This document shows, piece by piece, positions 49,702-58,113 of a stretch of DNA of 64,000 nucleotides. Each line of letters begins with the position of its first letter. Position 1 is the stretch's first letter. The stretch lies in NCBI GenBank assembly GCA_964479325.1, contig CAYZKZ010000003.1, positions 339-64,338 on the forward strand, given 5' to 3'. The notes below the pieces were generated by a model that was not told where the DNA came from, searched no databases, and saw nothing but the letters and a program-made list of their open reading frames with translations. The position numbers and the translations under genes are program-made. This DNA is from an uncultured Muribaculaceae bacterium (GTDB lineage Bacteria; Bacteroidota; Bacteroidia; Bacteroidales; UBA932).

Positions 49702-50892
49702 CTAATTTTTCTTGTCAAATCTCATACTCCTCACCTTTGCACCGTTCTCGTCGAAGATGTCCAGGCGGATGCCGCTCTTGTCAACGACAGCGTCAAGGCG
49801 CTGACGGTTGGCGTTGCAAAGCACAGGGAAGTCAGTCCCGATCGTGCCCGCCTCGTTGAAACGGTAGCGATGAATATGAGCGCAAAGCATCAAGTCAAGC
49901 CCCGTCCCGTTCAAAGTCGGAACGAAATACTTGCTGACCATCGCATTGCCGTGCCATCCATTTTCCCCTGGAGGAATATGACAGAAGGCGATTCTGACAG
50001 CGGCGTTCTTGTACTCGTCGCTGGCCACGACACCCTTCAGCCACTCAGCCTCCTCCTTGAGGTAGTCCTCGGTGATCATAATGCCCAAATTTCTGATGTC
50101 ACTATCCACCTTGTCCTCACCGGAATCAAGGAATATGAAGAAATACTTACCGTAGGACGCTGTGTAGTAAGTCTTTCCAGTCGGAGTCTGATAGTACTCG
50201 GTGTATTTGATGGCATCATTTCCTCTGTACTCGTGGTTTCCGCGGCAGAGGTAAAGCGGTGTGTCCGAGGCGAAAAGTTTGGACGCGGTCTTCATATAGT
50301 GCATCCCGATCTCAGCAACGCTATCTACAGCCGATGTCATATCACCATTGAAACAGACAAAATCATACTTGTCCTTAGCATCATTAAACAGCACCTGCAT
50401 CACAGAGTCGTGTTCGTGCATATCATTCACCACGGAGAACTTAACCTTGTCATAGTCAAGGGCTCTTGTCGTCACTTTGGTCGGTCTCTTCTTGAGGTCA
50501 AGCCCGTAGCCTTGGTCGTAGATGATCCTTGCCCTGTTCTCGGCAGTGATGACACCCTGACACATCACACGGTAACGGTAGGTCGTGCCAGGCTGAAGCC
50601 CTGAGACAGTCACCTTGTGGAGAGTTCCGATGGGCTTACGTCCCATACCCCTGAGATCGTAGTACTTAGGTCTCTCAACATTGTAGAAATGCGTGCCGTC
50701 ATCCGGAGCGAGCTCAATCCAACCGACAGCCGGTCCCGTTGTGGTCCAGACAACAGTGAAGCTGTTCTCGGTAACATTCTGAAGATAAGGGCCGCAGTCA
50801 ACCTTGACCTGCGCCGCGGTGGCCACTGCGATTCCGATGAGCAGCGACAGGGAGAAGAATATTCGTTTGAGCATATTCACGAGCATATTCAT
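49702..50892 (-). CDS. Purple-acid-phosphatase-like metallophosphoesterase with an FN3 domain
   Basis: NDMH, NGDM, RGNHE and AHIH motifs. Start overlaps the mtlD stop. Confidence 0.87.
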   Translation of the reverse strand: MNMLVNMLKRIFFSLSLLIGIAVATAAQVKVDCGPYLQNVTENSFTVVWTTTGPAVGWIELAPDDGTHFYNVERPKYYDLRGMGRKPIGTLHKVTVSGLQPGTTYRYRVMCQGVITAENRARIIYDQGYGLDLKKRPTKVTTRALDYDKVKFSVVNDMHEHDSVMQVLFNDAKDKYDFVCFNGDMTSAVDSVAEIGMHYMKTASKLFASDTPLYLCRGNHEYRGNDAIKYTEYYQTPTGKTYYTASYGKYFFIFLDSGEDKVDSDIRNLGIMITEDYLKEEAEWLKGVVASDEYKNAAVRIAFCHIPPGENGWHGNAMVSKYFVPTLNGTGLDLMLCAHIHRYRFNEAGTIGTDFPVLCNANRQRLDAVVDKSGIRLDIFDENGAKVRSMRFDKKN

Positions 50893-52043
50893 CAGATGTT
50901 TTCAACTGTTTTGTAGGCTTCGGCGATCTCGGCGACCATCGGGTCATCGGCCTTGATTCCGGTGATCTCGCTGACAGCGGACTCCAGACCCTTTGTCTTG
51001 ATCATCTCAAGCATCTGTACGCTCTGCGGATCCTCCGGATTGTCAAAATGCAGGGCTGCTCCTACTCCGAGCAGAATCTTGTCGTAAGGAAGGCCGAATC
51101 CCTTCGCGGTCACGGCCGGTTTGACCAGTCTGTCATCCGGCGAAAGCTTGCGCACCGGCTCACGGCCGACACGGTTCACATCATCCTGAAGGAAAGGATT
51201 GTGGAAACGGCCAAGAATCTTCTCGATGTACTTGAAGTGGGCGTCGTGGTCAAAGCCGAACTGTTTTACCAGAGCCTCTCCGCTCTGACGCATAGCCGAA
51301 CGAACGACATCAAAGACCTCAGGGACGCTGATGCTCTCCAAAATCGTCGAGCAGCCTTTAAGCTTGCCGAGATAGGCGGTGATGGCGTGTCCTGTGTTGA
51401 GTGTGAACAACTTCCTCTCGATGTAGGCGAGAAGGTTGTCCGCCATATTCATTCCCACGACTTCCGGAACCGGTCCGACGAAAGCCTTCCTCTCAACATT
51501 CCACTCGTAGAATCTCTCCACGGCCACATCGATAGGATTCTCGCTCCTGACCGGAGGGACGATGCGGTCAACCGAGCAGTCCGGGAAGCCGACGTGGGCG
51601 GCGCACCATTCCTTCTGCACATCATCCAGATGTGAATATACCGCCTTCTTGAGACGTGAAGAGGCCATCAGGCCGTTCTCACAGGCTATGACATTCAGAG
51701 GCGACTCGATTCCGGACTCCTTGCGGGCCACGATTCCCTTGGCGATCGCCGGAGCAATGAAAGGAAGAATCCTCAGGCCCACAGCCGTCGTGATCAGCTC
51801 GGCCTCCTTGATCTTCTCAACCACCGCGTCAGTCGATGAATCCACCGCTGAGACTCCTGAGATGAGGACATCCTCGCTCTCAACATCCTTTATGTGCACG
51901 GTGTATTGTCCGTCCGCATTGATTCTGTCAACTATCTCTTTGTTCACATCCGCGAACACCACCTGATAACCGGATTCCGAGAGCACCGCTCCGATGAACC
52001 CGCGCCCGATGTTCCCCGCACCGAACTGAATCGCTGTCTTCAT
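50892..52043 (-). CDS. mtlD: Mannitol-1-phosphate 5-dehydrogenase family protein
   Basis: FGAGNIGRGFIG, IACEN, VDRIVP, ERKLFTLNTGHA and RVGREPVRKL motifs. Confidence 0.93.
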   Translation of the reverse strand: MKTAIQFGAGNIGRGFIGAVLSESGYQVVFADVNKEIVDRINADGQYTVHIKDVESEDVLISGVSAVDSSTDAVVEKIKEAELITTAVGLRILPFIAPAIAKGIVARKESGIESPLNVIACENGLMASSRLKKAVYSHLDDVQKEWCAAHVGFPDCSVDRIVPPVRSENPIDVAVERFYEWNVERKAFVGPVPEVVGMNMADNLLAYIERKLFTLNTGHAITAYLGKLKGCSTILESISVPEVFDVVRSAMRQSGEALVKQFGFDHDAHFKYIEKILGRFHNPFLQDDVNRVGREPVRKLSPDDRLVKPAVTAKGFGLPYDKILLGVGAALHFDNPEDPQSVQMLEMIKTKGLESAVSEITGIKADDPMVAEIAEAYKTVENI

Positions 52044-52170
52044 TACGTTACTGATTTAATTGTCGATAATATTCTTATGACCATTATGGCGGTCAAAACA
52101 ACTTACAAAGATACAGAAAAAAAGCATTGTGCATCCGGCAAAATTGGTTAATTTTGAGGTACAATCCAAA

Positions 52171-54045
52171 ATGAAGACTCAGATGACAAAAAGAATTTTC
52201 AAAGCATTGGCCACAATGGCTTTGACGACTTTGGCGACATTGACCGCCAACGCACAGGGAATGCTCACTGAGCAGAACTCTAAAACAATCAAGAACGTGG
52301 AACTGAGCGCCGACATCGTCGTGGCGGGCGGAGGCCTGTCCGGTGTCTGCGCCGCCGTAGCCGCAGCCAGACACGGGGCGACGGTGATTCTCGTCCAGGA
52401 CCGCCCGGTACTCGGAGGAAACGCATCCAGCGAGGTCAGGATGGGAATTGTCGGAGCGAAAGGCGACCAGAACGCCGAGGCCGGACTCCTTGAGGAGATG
52501 CAGCTGCGCAACTTCAGGTTCAATCCGCTTCTCCGCTACACCCTATGGGACGACGCGATCTACTCGACCGTGGTGATGGAGCCGAACATCAAGCTTCTCC
52601 TCAACACTTCGGTGGAGGACGTGGTGATGGACGGAGACAGAATCGCTGCCGTGAAGGCCTGGAACACAAACGCCTACACAAAGTACCTGATCAAGGGGAC
52701 AATCTTCGCCGACTGCACGGGCGACGGCATCCTCCGGCTTTCCGGAGCCAAGTTCCGTCACGGACGCGAGCTGCCAAGCGAATTCAACGAGACATTCCTC
52801 GACGAGGGCGGCGACGCTAAGACGATGGGCAACTCAATCCTTCTCCAGCTGCGCAAGACCGATGAGGATCATCCTTTCACCGCTCCGGAATGGGCCTACC
52901 ACTTCACCGACGACGACTTCAACTACGACAAACCGAAGTCAACCATCCCGGGAGTCAAGTTCAACTACAAGAAGCCTTACCCGAGGGACAACAACTTCTG
53001 GTGGATCGAGTTCGGCGGCAACATCAACACGATCTTCGACGCCAACGACATCCAGTACGAGCTTAAGCGCATCGCCTACGGGGTCTGGGAATATATGAAA
53101 AACAACCCGGACGGGCGCTGCAAGAACTACGACCTGGACTGGATCGGCTCGCTTCCGGGCAAGCGCGAGTCCACCCGCTACATCGGCCCGCACATCCTGA
53201 ACCAGAACGATGTGATGTCAGGGGGACACTTCCCGGACGTGATCGCCTACGGTGGATGGACGCTGGACAACCACCACCCGGACGCGTTCCACAGAAAAGG
53301 AATATTCTCGGTCGAGCACACGACCCCGGAGCGTTTCGGAATCCCGTTCGACTGCCTGTACTCGGTCAATGTACCTAACCTGATGTTCGCCGGACGAGAC
53401 ATCTCCGCCACCCACATGGGACTCTCATCAACCAGAGTGATGTCCACCTGCGCCCTTCTCGGTCAGGCGGCCGGCACTGGAGCGGCTCTCGCGATCAAGT
53501 ACGGAACAACACCCGCCGAGATCCGCAAGAACCACATCGCCGAGCTTCAGGACGCTCTTGAGGACGACGACAGTATGCTTCCTTACAGATGGAGGAAGCC
53601 GTCGGAGCTGACAATGTCCGCCACCACATCCGAGGCCAACGAGGCTCTGCGCAACGGAATCGACCGTAAGTGGGACGGTGAGGACAACGGTGTCTGGGTT
53701 TCTCCGGGCGACGAGAGCATCACCTACAGCTGGAAGAAACCGGTCGAGCTGACCGGAGTCCGCATCATCTTCGATTCCGATTTCAAGTACAGAAGCAAGA
53801 GAATGCGCAAGCTTGAGGCGACCACCGAGCGTGTGGAGATGCCTAAGATGATGGCCAAGGGCTTCAAGGTCGAGGCGAAAGTCGGCAAGAACGAGTGGGT
53901 GACCCTCTACGAGGACACTGACAACTACCTGCGCCTGAGGAAGATCACTTTCACCGAGCCTGTGAAGGCCAAGGAACTCCGCCTCGTGGTGACATCCACC
54001 TGGGGAGCGGAGCAGGCCCACATTTTCGCATTCGACGCCAAATAG
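52171..54045 (+). CDS. Secreted FAD-dependent oxidoreductase with a C-terminal discoidin-like domain
   Basis: VAGGGLSG, LGGNASSE, DCTGDG, GKRES and STRVMSTC motifs, with a signal peptide. Confidence 0.85.
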   Translation: MKTQMTKRIFKALATMALTTLATLTANAQGMLTEQNSKTIKNVELSADIVVAGGGLSGVCAAVAAARHGATVILVQDRPVLGGNASSEVRMGIVGAKGDQNAEAGLLEEMQLRNFRFNPLLRYTLWDDAIYSTVVMEPNIKLLLNTSVEDVVMDGDRIAAVKAWNTNAYTKYLIKGTIFADCTGDGILRLSGAKFRHGRELPSEFNETFLDEGGDAKTMGNSILLQLRKTDEDHPFTAPEWAYHFTDDDFNYDKPKSTIPGVKFNYKKPYPRDNNFWWIEFGGNINTIFDANDIQYELKRIAYGVWEYMKNNPDGRCKNYDLDWIGSLPGKRESTRYIGPHILNQNDVMSGGHFPDVIAYGGWTLDNHHPDAFHRKGIFSVEHTTPERFGIPFDCLYSVNVPNLMFAGRDISATHMGLSSTRVMSTCALLGQAAGTGAALAIKYGTTPAEIRKNHIAELQDALEDDDSMLPYRWRKPSELTMSATTSEANEALRNGIDRKWDGEDNGVWVSPGDESITYSWKKPVELTGVRIIFDSDFKYRSKRMRKLEATTERVEMPKMMAKGFKVEAKVGKNEWVTLYEDTDNYLRLRKITFTEPVKAKELRLVVTSTWGAEQAHIFAFDAK

Positions 54046-54224
54046 GAGGTTGGCCAAAAAGATTTTGGCCAACCTCCTTTGGCTTCACCTCTTAACCCCC
54101 GAGACCGGCGTCTGCGACCCCTATTAGGGGTACTTCGCACCTCCGGTGCGGTCCCTTCGGGACTTTGGGGGACCTCTCTCCTACAAAATAACCGCCGCGG
54201 AAGAAAGCCCTCCGCGGCGGTTAT
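54043..54224. other. Hairpin-dense spacer between convergent genes
   Basis: AGGAGGTTGGCCAA/TTGGCCAACCTCCT, three short internal hairpins, and ATAACCGCCGCGG/CCGCGGCGGTTAT. Confidence 0.6.
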
Positions 54225-54243
54225 CATATTCATTTGGAATCAA

Positions 54244-55710
54244 TTATTTTTCAGTGCCGTAGCCGTCGGTCTTCTTGTTCCAAAGGGTCAGCAAGGTGAT
54301 GAGGCCGAGAACGGCGACAAAGATCATTATCTTGAAGACTCCCTCCCAGCCGAACTTAGGGTTGTCGGCGATGTGACCGAACACCAATCCAGAGATGATC
54401 GGGCTGAGGTAGGAGACGAAACCGATGATTCCGTTGGCCGATGACGCTCCGCGGCGGGTGACCTGATTGGATGCGATCACTCCGATAAGGGCCTGCGGGC
54501 CGTAAAGGAAGAATCCGACCAAGGCCAGCACAAGCATCAGGACAACAGGATTGGTCGATGACGGCAGGATGCAGAAGACGGTGAGGAACGCGATCACTCC
54601 GACCATACACAACGCGCAGGATCTCTGGGTCCGACCCTTGAAAACCTTGTCGGAGACAACTCCGGCCACAAGCATTCCGACCACACCGAAAGCCTCGAAG
54701 ATGGCCACGGTCCAGGCGGAGAGCGTCGGTGACAGTCCGCGGCTCTCCTGAAGGAACGACGGTCCCCAGTCAAGCACGGCCAGACGCACGATATAGACAA
54801 AGAAATCCGCCAAAGTGAGCACCCAGACGACAGGATTCTTGATCACATTGTCGATGATGAATCTCCTGAACTCCTTGTTGTCTTCCTTCTTGTCCTTGTT
54901 GTCGGCCACCTTTGTTCCCTCAAGTTCAGGAAGGCCGACCGAACGCGGCGTGTCCCTGAGGGTCAGGATGATGAAGACCACGCCCAGGACAGCGATGGCC
55001 GCCGGAATCAGAAACGCCCACTGCCAGGCACCGATGTTGTGCAGGGCGCTGTCCACGTAGGCCTGCGCCGCGGCGGGATCCATCGACGACGTGATGTTGG
55101 CGGTGTTCTCGGCGACGCGCGCTCGCATCTCCGGGTCTGCGCTCATATCCGTGCCGGCGTGACCCATAATGTAGCCGCACAGGACGGCGGCAAGGAACGC
55201 TCCGACAGAGTGCGAGGTGTTCCAGATGGACATCTTGGTGGCCAACTCGTGAGGTGGTACCCAGTGGGTTATCAATCGGTTGCAAGGAGGGAAACCACAT
55301 CCTTGGAACATATTGTTGATCACATAAAGCACGGCGAACAGGATCACGAGCCAATGCACGAACTTAGGTCCGTTTGTCATTCCCGTGAAGTAGGCGCAGA
55401 TCATCGCTCCGGCTCCGAAGAGAATGTTGACGAGAGCGCTGACCGACAGGCCGGTCACCAGATGCCAGCGGCCGTTGAGCCGGTCGGCGAGGAAGCCGTT
55501 CACCAGTTTAGAAACGCCGTAGATGAAACTCGCTATCGCGAGGATCGCTCCGAAAGTGGCCTTTGTGATGCCATACTCGGCTGTCAAGCCCGGAATCGCG
55601 AACGAGAAGTTCTTACGGACAAGGTAGAAAATAGAGTAGCCGATCATCGTGCCGATGATTGTACGCCACTGCCAATACTGGAATTTTTTTTGTTGTTCTG
55701 GTGTCATCAT
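54244..55710 (-). CDS. MFS organophosphate:Pi antiporter (GlpT/UhpT family)
   Basis: FYLVRKNF, WNTSHSVG, RDTPRSVGLP and YGPQALIG motifs. Confidence 0.92.
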   Translation of the reverse strand: MMTPEQQKKFQYWQWRTIIGTMIGYSIFYLVRKNFSFAIPGLTAEYGITKATFGAILAIASFIYGVSKLVNGFLADRLNGRWHLVTGLSVSALVNILFGAGAMICAYFTGMTNGPKFVHWLVILFAVLYVINNMFQGCGFPPCNRLITHWVPPHELATKMSIWNTSHSVGAFLAAVLCGYIMGHAGTDMSADPEMRARVAENTANITSSMDPAAAQAYVDSALHNIGAWQWAFLIPAAIAVLGVVFIILTLRDTPRSVGLPELEGTKVADNKDKKEDNKEFRRFIIDNVIKNPVVWVLTLADFFVYIVRLAVLDWGPSFLQESRGLSPTLSAWTVAIFEAFGVVGMLVAGVVSDKVFKGRTQRSCALCMVGVIAFLTVFCILPSSTNPVVLMLVLALVGFFLYGPQALIGVIASNQVTRRGASSANGIIGFVSYLSPIISGLVFGHIADNPKFGWEGVFKIMIFVAVLGLITLLTLWNKKTDGYGTEK

Positions 55711-55725
55711 ATTACGAAATTCTGG

Positions 55726-55763
55726 CAAAGATAGTTCTTTTATACGAAAATTGGCTACCTTTG
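55726..55763. promoter_or_regulatory. Back-to-back -7 promoter elements for the two MFS genes
   Basis: CAAAGATA (55726-55733, TATCTTTG on minus) and TACCTTTG (55756-55763, plus). Confidence 0.6.
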
Positions 55764-55796
55764 CCGGATTACATTAAACACAATTATTGAATATAA

Positions 55797-57197
55797 ATGG
55801 ACAAGCAGACAGAGAAGAGGTACAACTACTGGCAATGGCGCACCCTCATCACCTTGATGATCGGCTATGCGCTTTACTACTTTGTAAGAAAGCATTTCAG
55901 CGTGGTTATGCCTGCGCTGGAAGAGGAACTCGGCATCTCCAAGGTGCAGTTGGGAGTCTTCCTGACGCTGAACGGCATCATCTACGGAATATCCCGTTTC
56001 TTCAACGGATTCCTCGCCGACAGGTTCAGCAGAAGAAAGTTGATGACATTCGGTCTGGTCCTGTCCGCGGCCACCAACCTCGCCATCTGCTTCAGTCCGT
56101 CGATGAACTCCTTCGTCAACGTGCTGGACACCGAAGGCAAGGCGACGATGACGCTCGTCTATGTCATCGGTTCGCTGTGGGTTCTCAACGGCTATTTCCA
56201 GGGAATGGGCGTGCCGCCGTGCATCAGCCTTATGTGCCACTGGATCAGGCCTTCGGAACTGGCCACAAAGCAGTCGATCTGGAACGCCTCGCACTCCATC
56301 GGAGCCGGACTCATCAGCGTGATCTGCGGATTCCTGCTCAAGCACTACGGCTACAGCGCCTGGCAGCTCTGCTTCGCCGTTCCCGCAGCCATAGCCCTTG
56401 TGGGGGCCGTCGCCCTGTTCTTCACCCTGAAAGACACGCCGTCCTCCGTCGGACTGCCTGAGATCGAGGATATGGACAAGGACGAGAGCACCGACACCTG
56501 CGACAACAAGCAGGCCGAGGACAACCTGTCCGGGAAATCCTTCAAGGCTTTCGTCAACAAGATGGTGTTCGCCAACCCTCTGATCTGGATTTTAGCCGTC
56601 TCCAACTTCTGCATCTATGTGGTGCGGTTCACGATACTTGACTGGGGAGCGACCTTCCTGACACAGTACAAGGGGATGGAAATCTCCACAGCCGGAACCG
56701 TCGTGGCTGTCTCCGAGCTTGTGGGCGGCATAGCGGGTATGCTGCTGGCCGGATGGTTCACTGACAGATTTATGAAAAGCCGCGCCCACAGAACCTGCTT
56801 CATCTGCACCTTGGGAGCCACGCTGTCCTTCTTCCTGTTCTGGAAATCACCGTCCGGGATGCCTTGGCTCTCAGGAATATTCCTCTGTCTGTCAAGCTTT
56901 TTCATCTACGGGCCGCAGGCTCTCTTAGGCACCTCAGCCTCGCAGCAGGCGACAAAGCGCGCGTGCGCCACGGCAAACGGAATTTTAGGAATATTCGGAT
57001 ACGCGAGTACCGCCATTTCCGGTGTGACTTTCGGCTACCTCGCCGAACACTTCGGATGGGACTCCGTGTTCCTCGTCTCCGTGCTGATCGGTCTCGCCGG
57101 AGCCGCTGTCGTCGCGTTTATGTGGAAAGCCCCTGCTGACGGCTACGCCAAAGCGGAAACAGTTCTCGCCGAGATAGCAAAAGAAGAAGGGAAATAA
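55797..57197 (+). CDS. MFS organophosphate:Pi antiporter (GlpT/UhpT family), paralogue
   Basis: YYFVRKHF, WNASHSIG, KDTPSSVGLP and YGPQALLG motifs. Confidence 0.92.
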   Translation: MDKQTEKRYNYWQWRTLITLMIGYALYYFVRKHFSVVMPALEEELGISKVQLGVFLTLNGIIYGISRFFNGFLADRFSRRKLMTFGLVLSAATNLAICFSPSMNSFVNVLDTEGKATMTLVYVIGSLWVLNGYFQGMGVPPCISLMCHWIRPSELATKQSIWNASHSIGAGLISVICGFLLKHYGYSAWQLCFAVPAAIALVGAVALFFTLKDTPSSVGLPEIEDMDKDESTDTCDNKQAEDNLSGKSFKAFVNKMVFANPLIWILAVSNFCIYVVRFTILDWGATFLTQYKGMEISTAGTVVAVSELVGGIAGMLLAGWFTDRFMKSRAHRTCFICTLGATLSFFLFWKSPSGMPWLSGIFLCLSSFFIYGPQALLGTSASQQATKRACATANGILGIFGYASTAISGVTFGYLAEHFGWDSVFLVSVLIGLAGAAVVAFMWKAPADGYAKAETVLAEIAKEEGK

Positions 57198-57200
57198 TAA

Positions 57201-57230
57201 AAGGCTGGTTAAGAATCCTTTACCAGCCTT
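57201..57230. terminator. Hairpin between convergent genes
   Basis: AAGGCTGGT...ACCAGCCTT inverted repeat. Confidence 0.55.
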
Positions 57231-57252
57231 GCGAAATCTGTATATTCAAAGA

Positions 57253-58074
57253 TTATTCAGCCGCCGTGTCTTGAGCAGACGCGACGGTTTTTGCCGCTTT
57301 TGCCGCCTCAAGAGCAGCGTGCTCCGCCTTGGCTCGCTCGACGGAGACGGATTTCTTCAGGACGAAGCCTGAGCCGAGGTACTTTGTGCGCACATCCTCG
57401 TCGTTGGCGAGGGATTCCGGAGTTCCCTGCTGGAGGATTGTGCCCTCATAGAGCAGATAAGCCCTGTCGGTGATCGCAAGGGTCTCGCCCACATTGTGGT
57501 CGGTGATGATGACGCCGATGTTCTTGTACTTCAGTTTCGCAATGATGAACTGGATGTCCTCGACGGCGATCGGATCGACTCCGGCGAACGGCTCGTCCAG
57601 AAGGACGAACTTAGGATCAATGGCCAAGGCGCGGGCGATCTCACAGCGTCGTCTCTCACCTCCGGAAAGCTGGATTCCGAGGCTCTTGCGCACCTTCGAG
57701 AGATTGAACTCATTGATGAGATCCTCAAGTCTCTCCTGCCTCTCGGCCTTAGGCATATCCGACATCTCCATCACGGACATAATGTTGTCCTCCACAGACA
57801 TCTTGCGGAACACGGAGGCCTCCTGCGGCAGATAGCCGACACCCTTCTGCGCCCTTTTGTACATCGGGAGTTCGGTGATGTCCTCGTCATCGAGGAACAC
57901 ACGGCCTCCGTTAGGGACGATCTGCCCGGTGATCATATAGAAGCTGGTGGTCTTTCCCGCTCCGTTAGGGCCGAGGAAACCCACGATCTCACCCTGATTG
58001 ATCTCCATCGAAACGCCCTTGACGACGGTTCTGATGCCATATTTCTTAACGAGATTCTCGCAACGAAGTTTCAT
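57253..58074 (-). CDS. lptB: LPS export ABC transporter ATPase
   Basis: [41 protein letters not shown] and ITDHNV motifs. Confidence 0.96.
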   Translation of the reverse strand: MKLRCENLVKKYGIRTVVKGVSMEINQGEIVGFLGPNGAGKTTSFYMITGQIVPNGGRVFLDDEDITELPMYKRAQKGVGYLPQEASVFRKMSVEDNIMSVMEMSDMPKAERQERLEDLINEFNLSKVRKSLGIQLSGGERRRCEIARALAIDPKFVLLDEPFAGVDPIAVEDIQFIIAKLKYKNIGVIITDHNVGETLAITDRAYLLYEGTILQQGTPESLANDEDVRTKYLGSGFVLKKSVSVERAKAEHAALEAAKAAKTVASAQDTAAE

Positions 58075-58113
58075 ACTTAATATTACCTCTATATTACCTC
58101 TCCTATTACCTCA

